Program-made: the position numbers and the translations under genes
In this document: in pieces, positions 27,584 through 37,407 of the stretch
Layout of the letters: each line of letters starts with the position of its first letter
Position numbering within the stretch: position 1 is the stretch's first letter
Assembly (NCBI GenBank): GCA_025453395.1
Contig: JALOQK010000008.1
Span: forward strand, 938-64,937
From: Candidatus Omnitrophota bacterium
GTDB taxonomy: Bacteria; Omnitrophota; Gorgyraeia; Gygaellales; Profunditerraquicolaceae
Direction of reading: 5' to 3'
Length of the DNA: 64,000 bases
The notes under the pieces: generated by a model
Told to the model about the DNA's origin: nothing
Seen by the model: the letters and a program-made list of their open reading frames with translations, nothing else
Database searches by the model: none

Positions 27584-28520
27584 TTCTCTTGTAAGCTAAT
27601 TCAATAAGCCTAAGGCATAGCTGGCTAAAATCAACTCCGATAAACTTCGCCGCTTTGGGAAGAAGGCTGGTGGAGGTCATCCCGGGTATAGCGTTAACTT
27701 CTAAAATATACGGGATATTATCCCCTCCAAGCATCATATCCACCCGCGAACAACCAAAACACCCTAAAAGCCTATGCGCTTTTACCGCCTGTTCTTGCGC
27801 CTTCCAAAAAGTATTTTCATCAAGTAAAGCGGGGATTATATACTGGGTTGTTGAAGATTTATATTTTGATTCATAATCAAAGATCTCGCCCTGATATTTA
27901 ATCTCAATCACCGGAAGCGGTTTATCGTCTAATATCCCCACAGTAAGCTCTCTGCCCTGGATAAACTCTTCCAAAACAACCCGATTATCTACTGCAAAAG
28001 CGCGCTCTATGGAAGAAATCAAATCCTGGGGAAAAGAAACCACAGACAAGCCAATACTTGAACCTGCGCACGCAGGTTTTACTACAAGAGGATATTTCAG
28101 CTCTTTATATTTCAACTTATCCCTATCAAAGGAATCTCTATCTATAATAAGATAAGCCTTGGGCATAAAAATCCCTTCCTCTTCAAAAATCTTGCGAGAC
28201 GCTATTTTATCCATTGCCAGGCGGCTGGCTGGCACGCCTGATCCAGTGTAAGGCAAAGATAGGCTTTCTAAAACTTCCTGTATCCCCCCGTCTTCGCCAA
28301 AACTTCCATGAAGCGCGATAAAGGCGCAATCCAAACTGTGCTTCTTGAGGATTTCCGCGTTCTGGGTTTTATCATCGCTTTTAATATCAATGGCAACCAC
28401 ATCAAGATTCAGGCATTTTAAATGCTCATAAACAGCCATCCCTGATTTAAACGAAACCTCCCTTTCAGTAGAAGGCCCGCCCATCAATACCCCAATTCTT
28501 CCTATTTTTTCTATTTCCAT
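27564..28520 (-). CDS. ddl: D-alanine--D-alanine ligase
   Basis: 318 aa ATP-grasp. N-terminus IGVLMGGPSTEREVSFKSG and C-terminal EVNAIPGMTSTSLLPKAA are Ddl signatures. Confidence 0.92.
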   Translation of the reverse strand: MEIEKIGRIGVLMGGPSTEREVSFKSGMAVYEHLKCLNLDVVAIDIKSDDKTQNAEILKKHSLDCAFIALHGSFGEDGGIQEVLESLSLPYTGSGVPASRLAMDKIASRKIFEEEGIFMPKAYLIIDRDSFDRDKLKYKELKYPLVVKPACAGSSIGLSVVSFPQDLISSIERAFAVDNRVVLEEFIQGRELTVGILDDKPLPVIEIKYQGEIFDYESKYKSSTTQYIIPALLDENTFWKAQEQAVKAHRLLGCFGCSRVDMMLGGDNIPYILEVNAIPGMTSTSLLPKAAKFIGVDFSQLCLRLIELAYKRNVCQSL

Positions 28521-29425
28521 ATTTTTATTTCTGGCTGAAGCTCTATGCCAAACTTTCTTTTGACCTTAAGGCGTGCCAAATCCATCAAGGATAAAATATC
28601 GCTTGTTTTAGCGCGACCATCATTAATAATAAAATTAGCGTGCTTTGCGCTTATATAAGCCCCGCCAATGCGCTTGCCCTTAAGGCCGCAGGCGTCAATA
28701 AGTTTACCGGCAGACTGGCTTTTGGGGTTTTTAAACACGCACCCTGCGGAAAACCCGGACACCAGCTGTTTTTTCCTCCGGTATAAACAATAATCTTTTA
28801 TCATCCGCCTGATAACTTCTTTTTTTTGCGCCTTAAATCTAAAGCGGGCACTCAAAATAATGTACTTGCCTAAATTGCTTGCTCGATAGGCAAATTTTAT
28901 TCTATCTCTTGGAATAGCTTTTATCTTCCCGGCGGCATCCATCACTGTCACAGACAAAACTATATCCTGCATCCACCGTTTTTTATAAGCTTGCCCGGCG
29001 TTGCCAACTATCGCCCCTCCCACTGTCCCGGGAATGCCAGACAAAAATTCAAAGCCTCCCAGCCCCAGAGAAACCGCGTAAGAAACAACAGCCCCCAACG
29101 GGCATCCAGCGCCTGCCTCTATAAAATTGCGCGCCTTTTTTATTTTCTTGAAAAAAGGCGCTGACAACTGAATCACTGCGCCTTTTTTCCCCTGGTCTGA
29201 AATCAAAAGGTTGCTGCCTAAACCAATAATTGAATATGATATATTATATCTTTTTAGGCACTTTAGCAATAATTTTAAATCCTCTACTGTGCAAGGCTTA
29301 ATAAAATACTCTGCTTTCCCGCCCAGCCTAAAAGTAGTATGCCTGGATAAGGGATAATTAAGTTTTATTTTTATTCTGTTTTGACAATTCTTCGGCAATC
29401 TCATCAGATATTCTGGTAATATCAC
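28511..29425 (-). CDS. murB: UDP-N-acetylenolpyruvoylglucosamine reductase
   Basis: 304 aa. FAD-binding motifs SRHTTFRLGGKAEYF and IIGLGSNLL. Overlaps murC by 68 nt, so an internal start is possible. Confidence 0.9.
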   Translation of the reverse strand: MILPEYLMRLPKNCQNRIKIKLNYPLSRHTTFRLGGKAEYFIKPCTVEDLKLLLKCLKRYNISYSIIGLGSNLLISDQGKKGAVIQLSAPFFKKIKKARNFIEAGAGCPLGAVVSYAVSLGLGGFEFLSGIPGTVGGAIVGNAGQAYKKRWMQDIVLSVTVMDAAGKIKAIPRDRIKFAYRASNLGKYIILSARFRFKAQKKEVIRRMIKDYCLYRRKKQLVSGFSAGCVFKNPKSQSAGKLIDACGLKGKRIGGAYISAKHANFIINDGRAKTSDILSLMDLARLKVKRKFGIELQPEIKIWK

Positions 29426-30740
29426 CCGCTCCCAATGTAAGAATTAGATCTTCTTTATTGAGGCCATCTATGACATGTTCTTTTATTTTATCTTTAGGCG
29501 TAAAGCACACCCGAGATCCCGGCATGGCCTTGGCTATTGCCAGGGCAAGATTTTGCGCATCCACTCCAGGAATAGGCTTTTCGCTTGCGGGGTAAATATC
29601 AGTGATGATCAATACGTCTGCCCCGGAAAAACATTTTGTAAACTCATCAAATAAACGCTGGGTGCGGCTGTAACGATGCGGCTGGAATATCACGACCATG
29701 CGCTTGTATTTAAGGTTATTTACCGCGGAAAGCGTGGCTTTTATCTCCGTAGGATGATGCGCGTAATCATCAATAAGCGCGCAACGGGAGTCTTGATATT
29801 TTACCTGGATACGCCTACCCGAACCTTTATAACCCTGAAGGGCGCTACTGATAATTGATTTATTAATCCCCAATTTCAAACCCAAGGCCACAACGCTTAA
29901 AGAATTTGAAATATTGTGCTTGCCCCCTAAAGATAATTTAAACCTGCCGATATTCTTATTCTTATAAATACAATCAAATTCTGAAGATAGTCCGTCCATC
30001 TTAATATTTGAAGCATAAATATGGTTATCTTTACCCAGGCCGAAGAATAAGAAATCTTCCGTGTATTTGGATAAAATCTGGCGCAAGTTAGAGTCGTCTC
30101 CGCAGGCAAACACACAGCCTCCAACAGCAGTTTTATCAATAAAATCAGAAAAACACCTTTTGAGATAATTAAAATCACGGTAATAATCCATATGTTCGTC
30201 GTCTAAATTCGTAATAACCGAATATAAAGGATTGTAATAAAGAAACGAACCGTCGGATTCATCCGCCTCAGCGACAAAAAATCCGCCATCCCCATGGCAG
30301 GCGTTATCCTGGATATTATTCAATATCCCGCCTATAACAACGCTTGGGCACATCTTGGCTTCCATCAAAAGGCAGGAAATAAGAGACGCGGTCGTGGTTT
30401 TCCCGTGAGCGCCTGTTACCGTAATTACTTTTTGCTCGCGCATAAGCTCTGCCAAAGCCTGGGCGCGCTTAATAACTCTGCGGGAAGATCTTCTTGCCTC
30501 CGCCAGCTCCGGATTGTCTTCTGCAATTGCTGATGAATAAACCACCAGGTCGGCATCGCCTAGATTTTCTTTGGCATGCCCAATAAAAATATCCGCCCCC
30601 TTAGAACGCAATAATGATATCAGACTAGTTTCTTTAACATCGGAGCCGCTCACGCGCGCGGCACCCCTGGTAATAAAAAGTTTGGCAATCCCGCTCATGC
30701 CGATGCCGCCGATGCCTATAAAATGAACATGCCTATTCAT
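29358..30740 (-). CDS. murC: UDP-N-acetylmuramate--L-alanine ligase
   Basis: 460 aa Mur ligase. HFIGIGGIGMSGIA N-terminal motif and P-loop GAHGKTTT. Confidence 0.92.
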   Translation of the reverse strand: MNRHVHFIGIGGIGMSGIAKLFITRGAARVSGSDVKETSLISLLRSKGADIFIGHAKENLGDADLVVYSSAIAEDNPELAEARRSSRRVIKRAQALAELMREQKVITVTGAHGKTTTASLISCLLMEAKMCPSVVIGGILNNIQDNACHGDGGFFVAEADESDGSFLYYNPLYSVITNLDDEHMDYYRDFNYLKRCFSDFIDKTAVGGCVFACGDDSNLRQILSKYTEDFLFFGLGKDNHIYASNIKMDGLSSEFDCIYKNKNIGRFKLSLGGKHNISNSLSVVALGLKLGINKSIISSALQGYKGSGRRIQVKYQDSRCALIDDYAHHPTEIKATLSAVNNLKYKRMVVIFQPHRYSRTQRLFDEFTKCFSGADVLIITDIYPASEKPIPGVDAQNLALAIAKAMPGSRVCFTPKDKIKEHVIDGLNKEDLILTLGAGDITRISDEIAEELSKQNKNKT

Positions 30741-31518
30741 TCTTGAAAGAACTCTCCCATTTATCCCCTAATGCTTTTAAACCGTTTATAGGATAGGCTG
30801 ATTTTATAGCCTGATCCATATCCTTTTTATCCCTCAAATATCTGCAGAAATAAACAAAATAATCCTTGCCGAAATTAGCGATAAGATAATCCACGATGCT
30901 GACCGACTCCATATAAAACAAATCGATTTTATCCTTATCTTCCAGCATGGACGGGTTTAAGCGGATTAACTGCGAAAATGGGATAAATTCCCCTTTGCTA
31001 TATGCCTTTTGCAGTATATAACGCAGGCCTATGTACCTTGTTTTCTGGTGATAAGAAGCCACTGCTTCATCCAGCCATACCGGCACAGCAGGGTTACCCA
31101 CTCCAACAAATTCCCGAAAGATAATATGCGCCATTTCATGGGATAATATCTGTTCAGAGAAACCTGAAGGCTTAGCATAGCTGTAGATCTCTTTTTCTTT
31201 TAGAGAGGCGTGTCCTCCCGCCCATTGCGGCTGTCCGGTCAACCTATGGTATTGTTCTTTGGTATCATATATGTATATCTTGGCGCGGTCATCCCAGAGC
31301 CAAAAGTCAAACCTCCTGAATCCTAATTCATCAGCAATAAGATTATAGTAGTTTTCCGCGCTTGACATTAGGTTATTTATAAAATCCTCCGGGGCATTCT
31401 GGTAGCAAACAATAAAATGCGTGCCTTTCTTCTCTTGCCACTTTTCATCAGCAAAAGAACTCTTAAAATAAAATAAAACAACCGCCAGGGCGATAGTGAC
31501 CGCTATGTTTATTTTCAT
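30733..31518 (-). CDS. Secreted HExxH zinc-metallopeptidase-like protein inserted between murG and murC
   Basis: 261 aa. N-terminal signal/TM (MKINIAVTIALAVVLFYF). HEMAH motif (ILSHEMAHIIF) with a downstream Glu (WLDEAV). Confidence 0.6.
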   Translation of the reverse strand: MKINIAVTIALAVVLFYFKSSFADEKWQEKKGTHFIVCYQNAPEDFINNLMSSAENYYNLIADELGFRRFDFWLWDDRAKIYIYDTKEQYHRLTGQPQWAGGHASLKEKEIYSYAKPSGFSEQILSHEMAHIIFREFVGVGNPAVPVWLDEAVASYHQKTRYIGLRYILQKAYSKGEFIPFSQLIRLNPSMLEDKDKIDLFYMESVSIVDYLIANFGKDYFVYFCRYLRDKKDMDQAIKSAYPINGLKALGDKWESSFKNE

Positions 31519-31521
31519 CTT

Positions 31522-32619
31522 TTAGGGCAAGAAAAATGAATCCGCAAGCCTGATCATATTGCCTAAAGCATCTATACTGGCCAAAGGCTGGTATGATTGG
31601 CGCATCTTTAGCAGATTTTCTTCAGAACAAACCAAGGGCTCTATTATCTGATTTAAAACTAAGGCGCTTAAATCACAATCTTGGACAATCGAACAAGCCC
31701 CGCACTGCGCGAGGACTTGGGCGTTAGCTTTTTGATGGCAGCGCGCATAAGGATATGGCACTAAAACCGCCGGAAGCTTATAGCGGATCAGCTCGCTTAT
31801 GGTCATCGCTCCGGAACGCGCAACAGAAAAACAAGAAGCGCTATACGCGTAGTGCATTTTATCAAAATAACTAAACAGCTTGTACTCTATATTTAAGCTT
31901 TTGTATTCTTCCTGAAGAAAAGCGTAATCATTGGCCCCGCAAATATGTATAACCTGAAGTTTAGCACAAAATTTACATTCTTTCAAAAAACTGATAAAGG
32001 CGCTGTTTATGCTGCTACTGCCTTGGCTTCCTCCGGAAACAAGTATGGTAAATTTACAAGCAGAGAAACCAAAATAAGACAACGCTTCTTGCTGGGGCAA
32101 AATAACCAAATCCTTACGTAAAGGGTTCCCGGTAAAGGCCACTTTACTTCTTGAAAAAGTTAAATAACCCTTTGTCCCTTCAAAAGACACTGCTATTTTA
32201 TCCGCAAAATATGACAAAAAAACAGTTGCCGCGCCCGGGACAACATTCTGCTCATGGATTAGGGTATTGGCCCTGAATAACCAGCCCCAGAAAACAAAAG
32301 CAACGCTGGTGATACTGCCGAAACCAACTACCAGGTCGGGCCTAAAATTTAAAACATCCCTTGCTGCTTCCAAAGAACTCTTAAAAGTTTTAAGAACATT
32401 CAAGAGGTTTTTTATTTTTAAGGACGGTTTCAATGAAAAAATAGCAACATATTTTACCTTTACATTAAGAAGCTCGATTTCCCGCCTGACAACGCTATTG
32501 ACAGGCAAAACCAGAAGTATTTCTGCAGCATCTTTCTTATCTTTTAAGCCTTGGATAAAAGCCAAAGCCGGAAAGATATGCCCGCCGCTTGCCCCAGAAA
32601 CAACTAGGATCTTTTTCAC
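31522..32619 (-). CDS. murG: Undecaprenyldiphospho-muramoylpentapeptide beta-N-acetylglucosaminyltransferase
   Basis: 365 aa GT28. N-terminus ILVVSGASGGHIFPALA (G-loop). Confidence 0.92.
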   Translation of the reverse strand: MKKILVVSGASGGHIFPALAFIQGLKDKKDAAEILLVLPVNSVVRREIELLNVKVKYVAIFSLKPSLKIKNLLNVLKTFKSSLEAARDVLNFRPDLVVGFGSITSVAFVFWGWLFRANTLIHEQNVVPGAATVFLSYFADKIAVSFEGTKGYLTFSRSKVAFTGNPLRKDLVILPQQEALSYFGFSACKFTILVSGGSQGSSSINSAFISFLKECKFCAKLQVIHICGANDYAFLQEEYKSLNIEYKLFSYFDKMHYAYSASCFSVARSGAMTISELIRYKLPAVLVPYPYARCHQKANAQVLAQCGACSIVQDCDLSALVLNQIIEPLVCSEENLLKMRQSYQPLASIDALGNMIRLADSFFLP

Positions 32620-33710
32620 GGATAGTCCCCTGTGCGCGCGATATTCATAATAATGCCAACGCTTACCATATCAAATATGAATGAGGACCCTCCGTAGCTT
32701 ATAAAAGGTAACGGCAGCCCCTTAGTCGGCATAACCCCACAGGAAACCCCGATATTGACTACCGCCTTAAAGGCAATCATTGAAACAAGGCCCAAAATAA
32801 GGAAATACCCGAACCTGTCCAAAGTGTTACGGGCGATTTTCACGCATTGCCAGATAAAAAGCATAAAAAGCATAATCACGCACAATGTCCCGATCAGGCC
32901 TAATTCTTCTCCGATAATTGAAAAAATAAAATCCGTGTGCGCTGCTGGAAGGTAAAAAAGCTTCTGTTTGGAATGGCCCAGGCCTTCGCCAAAAAAGCCT
33001 CCTGAGCCAATGGCCACCTGTGATTGAATAACCTGAAAACCGCTTCCTTTGGCATCCGCCCATGGATCCAAAAAAGCAAGTATCCTCGCTCTGCGGTAAG
33101 GCACGCTAAAAACCAAAAGGTATAGCGCTGGCAAGCTTAATAGAAATAAATAGACTAAATAGCTCTTTCTTACCCCGGCGACAAAAAGCATAGTAAAGAT
33201 AACAAGGCCTAAAGAAACTGTTGTCCCCAGATCAGGCTGAACCAAGATCAATAGAGCAGTCATGCCTAACGCCATGATAACCGGCATAAACCCTCTCCAA
33301 AAGGATTTAATCAAATCACCTTTTCTGGCGATAAAATCAGCGGTATAAATAATAAGCGCCAGATTTGCCAATTCCGATGGCTGAAAACTTAAGAACTTAA
33401 ACCGAAACCATCTGCGGGCGCCTGATATCTCCCTGCCAATTCCCGGAATAAGCACTAGAACAAGCAGGATCAATGAAATAACAAGAAAAGGCTTGGCAAA
33501 GCGCCTAAATTTATGATAATCCATGGCCATAGCCAGAAATGAAAGGAAAATCCCGATAATAAGAAAAGCGATATGCCGCTTAAGAAAAAACAGGCTGTCA
33601 TTCTGCTTTTCCATGGCATAGATTCCGGAAGAGCTATAGATCATTACTATCCCGACACAAATCAATATAACAGTAATTGCGAAAAGATTTATACGTAAGT
33701 TTCTAATCAT
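32616..33710 (-). CDS. ftsW: SEDS-family cell division protein FtsW
   Basis: 364 aa polytopic membrane protein of the FtsW/RodA family at the canonical dcw position between murD and murG. Confidence 0.9.
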   Translation of the reverse strand: MIRNLRINLFAITVILICVGIVMIYSSSGIYAMEKQNDSLFFLKRHIAFLIIGIFLSFLAMAMDYHKFRRFAKPFLVISLILLVLVLIPGIGREISGARRWFRFKFLSFQPSELANLALIIYTADFIARKGDLIKSFWRGFMPVIMALGMTALLILVQPDLGTTVSLGLVIFTMLFVAGVRKSYLVYLFLLSLPALYLLVFSVPYRRARILAFLDPWADAKGSGFQVIQSQVAIGSGGFFGEGLGHSKQKLFYLPAAHTDFIFSIIGEELGLIGTLCVIMLFMLFIWQCVKIARNTLDRFGYFLILGLVSMIAFKAVVNIGVSCGVMPTKGLPLPFISYGGSSFIFDMVSVGIIMNIARTGDYP

Positions 33711-33712
33711 TG

Positions 33713-34966
33713 CTATAACTTTAATACCTCTTTCTTAAAAACTTCCCCCCGCTGTTTATAGTTATCAAACATATCAAAACTGGAGCACATAGGAGACAAA
33801 AGAACATAATCGCCGCTGTTGGCATTTAAAAAAGCCTTAACCACCGCGTCACGCATAGAAGAAGCTTCTATAACCGGTATTTTCTTAAAGATACACCGGC
33901 GGATTTTGTCTTTTGCTTCTCCGATCAAAACAGCAAGCCTGACTTTCCCGGCAGCCTCTTTAAGCATTAATCCGTAATCTACTCCCTTGTCTTTTCCTCC
34001 GGCAATTAAAACAACATCTGAATTGATATTTCTTAAAGCCCAAACGCAAGATTCAACAGTAGTGGCCTTAGAGTCATTAATAAAGCTTACCCCTTTTTTC
34101 TTAGCCACAAATTCCATGCGATGCGCCAGGCCTTTAAATGCGCTGAACACTTTAAGACAAGTCTTACGCGCAATACCCAAGAGTTCTCCAACCTTGATTA
34201 CCGCCTGCTGATTAGGATTCAATTTGCCATCTGGCTCGTACCAAACAATCTCAGAAAGAGCGCTTTTGGAAACTTTCTTTAGCAGCTTGTCCTTGCTGTT
34301 AAGAACAAGATAATCTGAAGGGCCCTGATTTATGAAAATACGTTTCTTGGCCTCTAAGTATTCCCGCATATCTTTATGGCGGTCAAGATGATTGCGGTTA
34401 AAATTCAGAATAAGGGCTATTTTAGGACGAAAATTATAGCAGCTCTCCAGCTGAAAAGAACTGACTTCTAAAGAAACGAAATCTTCCGGGCGCATCTTCT
34501 TGACTAAAGACGTAAAAGGCGTGCCGATATTCCCGCAAACAAACACCCTGCGGGAACTGGCTTCTATGATCTTGCCGATCAAAGTTGTAACCGTGGTCTT
34601 GCCATTTGAACCGGTAACCGCGATGATTGAAGCATCACACAACATCCACCCTACTTCTATCTCGCTTATCGCAGGAATATTCTTTTCTTTAGCCCAAAGA
34701 ACTGGCTGGCTTACGGGGGTTACGCCCGGGGAGAGGACCAGCAGATCGCTTTTCTGAATTAAATCCTTACTGTGTTTGCCGGTTTCCACAAAAATATTTT
34801 TATCTTTTAGCTTCTTAGCTAGACAACGAACCGGTGCATCGTCCTTATTATCGGTAACGCTAACCCTAGACCCCAAATCATGAAGCAAATTCGCGCAGGA
34901 AAAACCGGAACTAGCTAAACCTACCACAGTTATTCTCTTGTCGCGGAAAAATTCAATATTTCTCAT
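33713..34966 (-). CDS. murD: UDP-N-acetylmuramoylalanine--D-glutamate ligase
   Basis: 417 aa. N-terminal Rossmann VVGLASSG. P-loop GSNGKTT. Confidence 0.92.
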   Translation of the reverse strand: MRNIEFFRDKRITVVGLASSGFSCANLLHDLGSRVSVTDNKDDAPVRCLAKKLKDKNIFVETGKHSKDLIQKSDLLVLSPGVTPVSQPVLWAKEKNIPAISEIEVGWMLCDASIIAVTGSNGKTTVTTLIGKIIEASSRRVFVCGNIGTPFTSLVKKMRPEDFVSLEVSSFQLESCYNFRPKIALILNFNRNHLDRHKDMREYLEAKKRIFINQGPSDYLVLNSKDKLLKKVSKSALSEIVWYEPDGKLNPNQQAVIKVGELLGIARKTCLKVFSAFKGLAHRMEFVAKKKGVSFINDSKATTVESCVWALRNINSDVVLIAGGKDKGVDYGLMLKEAAGKVRLAVLIGEAKDKIRRCIFKKIPVIEASSMRDAVVKAFLNANSGDYVLLSPMCSSFDMFDNYKQRGEVFKKEVLKL

Positions 34967-34967
34967 A

Positions 34968-36056
34968 TTACCGTATCTTTAAAGTAACGATGGTAAATAA
35001 AGCCAGAAGGCTGGCGATAATCCAAAACCGCACGATAACTTTATTTTCCTGCCATCCTGAAAAGCGAAAATGATGGTGTATCGGCGCAATCTTAAATATC
35101 CGCTTCTTGAAGAAACGGAAAGAAAATACCTGTAAGATAACTGATAGCGCTTCTACGACAAAAATCCCTCCCACTATCCCTAAAAGAAATTCTTTTTTAA
35201 TGAAAACCGCTACCGCCCCCAAACATCCGCCTAAGGCGAGGGAACCCACATCTCCCATAAAAATAGACGCCGGATAACAATTAAACCACAAAAAACCTAA
35301 ACCCGCGCCCAGGATACTGGCGCATAAAACTGTTAATTCTCCCGCCCCTCTTATATAGGGTATTAATAAGTAACTGCTGAATTTGATATTCCCGGAAACA
35401 TAACTTAAGACGCTAAAGGCAACCGCCACCATTATTACGCATCCAATAGCCAAACCATCAAGCCCGTCAGTCAGATTTACCGCGTTTGAAGTTCCGGTAA
35501 TAACCAAAACCACAAATAAAATATATAAAATTCCTAAATCAATAGAAACATCTTTTAGAAACGGTATATCTAATTTAGTACTTATCTGAGGATCAAGATA
35601 AATAAAAGCCCCCAAGATAAATCCTAAAGTTATTTGGCTGATTAGTTTCTGTGAAGCATTCATCCCCTTGGCGCGGTGTTTTATCTGCTTTAGGTAATCA
35701 TCGGCAAAACCAGTGGCCCCCAGCCAAACAATCACCAGTATCGATAAGAGTATATATTTATCGGTCATGTCAGCCCACAAAAACAAGGATATTAAAATCG
35801 CGGCAATAATGAATATTCCCCCCATGGTCGGAGTATCACGCTTAAAGCTGTGCTGTTTATCCAAATCCGCGCTATCGCCTTTGTTAATCTTCTCGGTAAG
35901 CTTATATTGTTTTAATATCTTAATCACCAATGGCCCAAAAATAAGGCTTAACAGAAAAGCGGTGATCGCTGCCATGGCCGCGCGAAAAGTGATATATTGA
36001 AATATATTCAAAAAAGGCAATATATCTCTTAAGGGATATAAAAGACTGTGTAACAT
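34968..36056 (-). CDS. mraY: Phospho-N-acetylmuramoyl-pentapeptide transferase
   Basis: 362 aa polytopic membrane protein. NAVNLTDGLDGLA catalytic motif. Confidence 0.95.
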   Translation of the reverse strand: MLHSLLYPLRDILPFLNIFQYITFRAAMAAITAFLLSLIFGPLVIKILKQYKLTEKINKGDSADLDKQHSFKRDTPTMGGIFIIAAILISLFLWADMTDKYILLSILVIVWLGATGFADDYLKQIKHRAKGMNASQKLISQITLGFILGAFIYLDPQISTKLDIPFLKDVSIDLGILYILFVVLVITGTSNAVNLTDGLDGLAIGCVIMVAVAFSVLSYVSGNIKFSSYLLIPYIRGAGELTVLCASILGAGLGFLWFNCYPASIFMGDVGSLALGGCLGAVAVFIKKEFLLGIVGGIFVVEALSVILQVFSFRFFKKRIFKIAPIHHHFRFSGWQENKVIVRFWIIASLLALFTIVTLKIR

Positions 36057-36057
36057 T

Positions 36058-37407
36058 TTACGTAATTACTCCTTCCATTTTCATAGAACGTGAGCCCTTA
36101 ACTAAAATCAGATCGTGCTTATCCGGATTCACCTTATCCAAAAGAATGTTTTTTGCTTCTTGGGCGCTTTCGCATGTAAAAACAGATTGCGCGCCGTTTT
36201 TAACAGCCTGCTTTGCCGCGTATTTGGCTAATTTGCCAACGCAAATAATAACGTCACAGACACCCGCCGCAAATTCTCCGGATTCTTTATGAAAATTCTT
36301 GGAGTTCTCCCCCAGCTCCAACATATCTGCCATGACCAGTATCCTTCTTTTCTTTACCGGATAATCCTTCAGGGCCTGCAAAGCCATCTTTAAAGAAAGC
36401 GGATTGCAGTTATAAGTATCATCAATAAATTTTAGGCTCCCCTTTTTAATTATGCTTAATCTGCCTTGCGGAAATTTGAAATTTCTTAATCTTGAAGCGA
36501 TCTGTTTATAGCTTACTCCCAAAATCCTAGCTGTGGCCACAGAAGATAAGGCATTATACACATTATATTGCCCGCAAGTAGATAAAGCAACTCTTTGTCT
36601 GTTATTCACCACAAACATGGCCTTTTCTTTAAAAAGCCTGACAGAAGAAGCCTGAAAGTCGCTTTTTTTATTTATCCCGAAACCTATCGAGATGGGGCTT
36701 TTAACGCCTGATGCTTTACGGTATAAAAAAGGATCGTCATAGTTGAATACCGCTATACCCTTGGGCCTTAGGTTACGGATAAGGCTATATTTCTCAGAAA
36801 ATACTCCTTGGAGGTCCTTTAAATACTCCAAATGCGAACAGCCAATATTAGTAATCACTCCGATATCAGGGGAAGCGATCTGGGCTAAATATTCAATCTC
36901 GCCAAAATGGTTAGTGCCTAATTCTAAAACCACCACTTGGTGTTTTCCTGAAAGCTCAAGAAGCGTCATGGGCAGACCAATATGATTATTTTTCGTGCCC
37001 TTGGTTTTAAGCACCTTAAACGCGCCCGATAAAACCCATGAGAGCATATCCTTGGTTGTAGTCTTTCCATTACTGCCGGTGACAGCGATCACAACAGGAT
37101 TGAATTTATTCCTTACATAAGAAGCCAGATAACCTAAAACCTTAAGGGTGTCTTTCCCGACTAAGAAAGTTACGCTCTTAGGCACTTGAGCGGATAAATC
37201 CTTCTGGGCGATAATACACCCGGCGCCATTTTTAACTGCTTGCTTTATAAAATCATGCCCATCCAGACGCTTGCCCTTTATGGCCACAAAAATATCGCCG
37301 GCAGCAACCTGGCGGGAATCAATGACAACTTTCCTAAAGGAATTTTTGCTGCCTGCCTGCGCCAAAGAAATGCGGCCATGGATAATTAATTCTTTTATCT
37401 TAAACAT
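36058..37407 (-). CDS. murF: UDP-MurNAc-tripeptide--D-alanyl-D-alanine ligase
   Basis: 449 aa Mur ligase. P-loop AVTGSNGKTTTKDML. Confidence 0.9.
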   Translation of the reverse strand: MFKIKELIIHGRISLAQAGSKNSFRKVVIDSRQVAAGDIFVAIKGKRLDGHDFIKQAVKNGAGCIIAQKDLSAQVPKSVTFLVGKDTLKVLGYLASYVRNKFNPVVIAVTGSNGKTTTKDMLSWVLSGAFKVLKTKGTKNNHIGLPMTLLELSGKHQVVVLELGTNHFGEIEYLAQIASPDIGVITNIGCSHLEYLKDLQGVFSEKYSLIRNLRPKGIAVFNYDDPFLYRKASGVKSPISIGFGINKKSDFQASSVRLFKEKAMFVVNNRQRVALSTCGQYNVYNALSSVATARILGVSYKQIASRLRNFKFPQGRLSIIKKGSLKFIDDTYNCNPLSLKMALQALKDYPVKKRRILVMADMLELGENSKNFHKESGEFAAGVCDVIICVGKLAKYAAKQAVKNGAQSVFTCESAQEAKNILLDKVNPDKHDLILVKGSRSMKMEGVIT

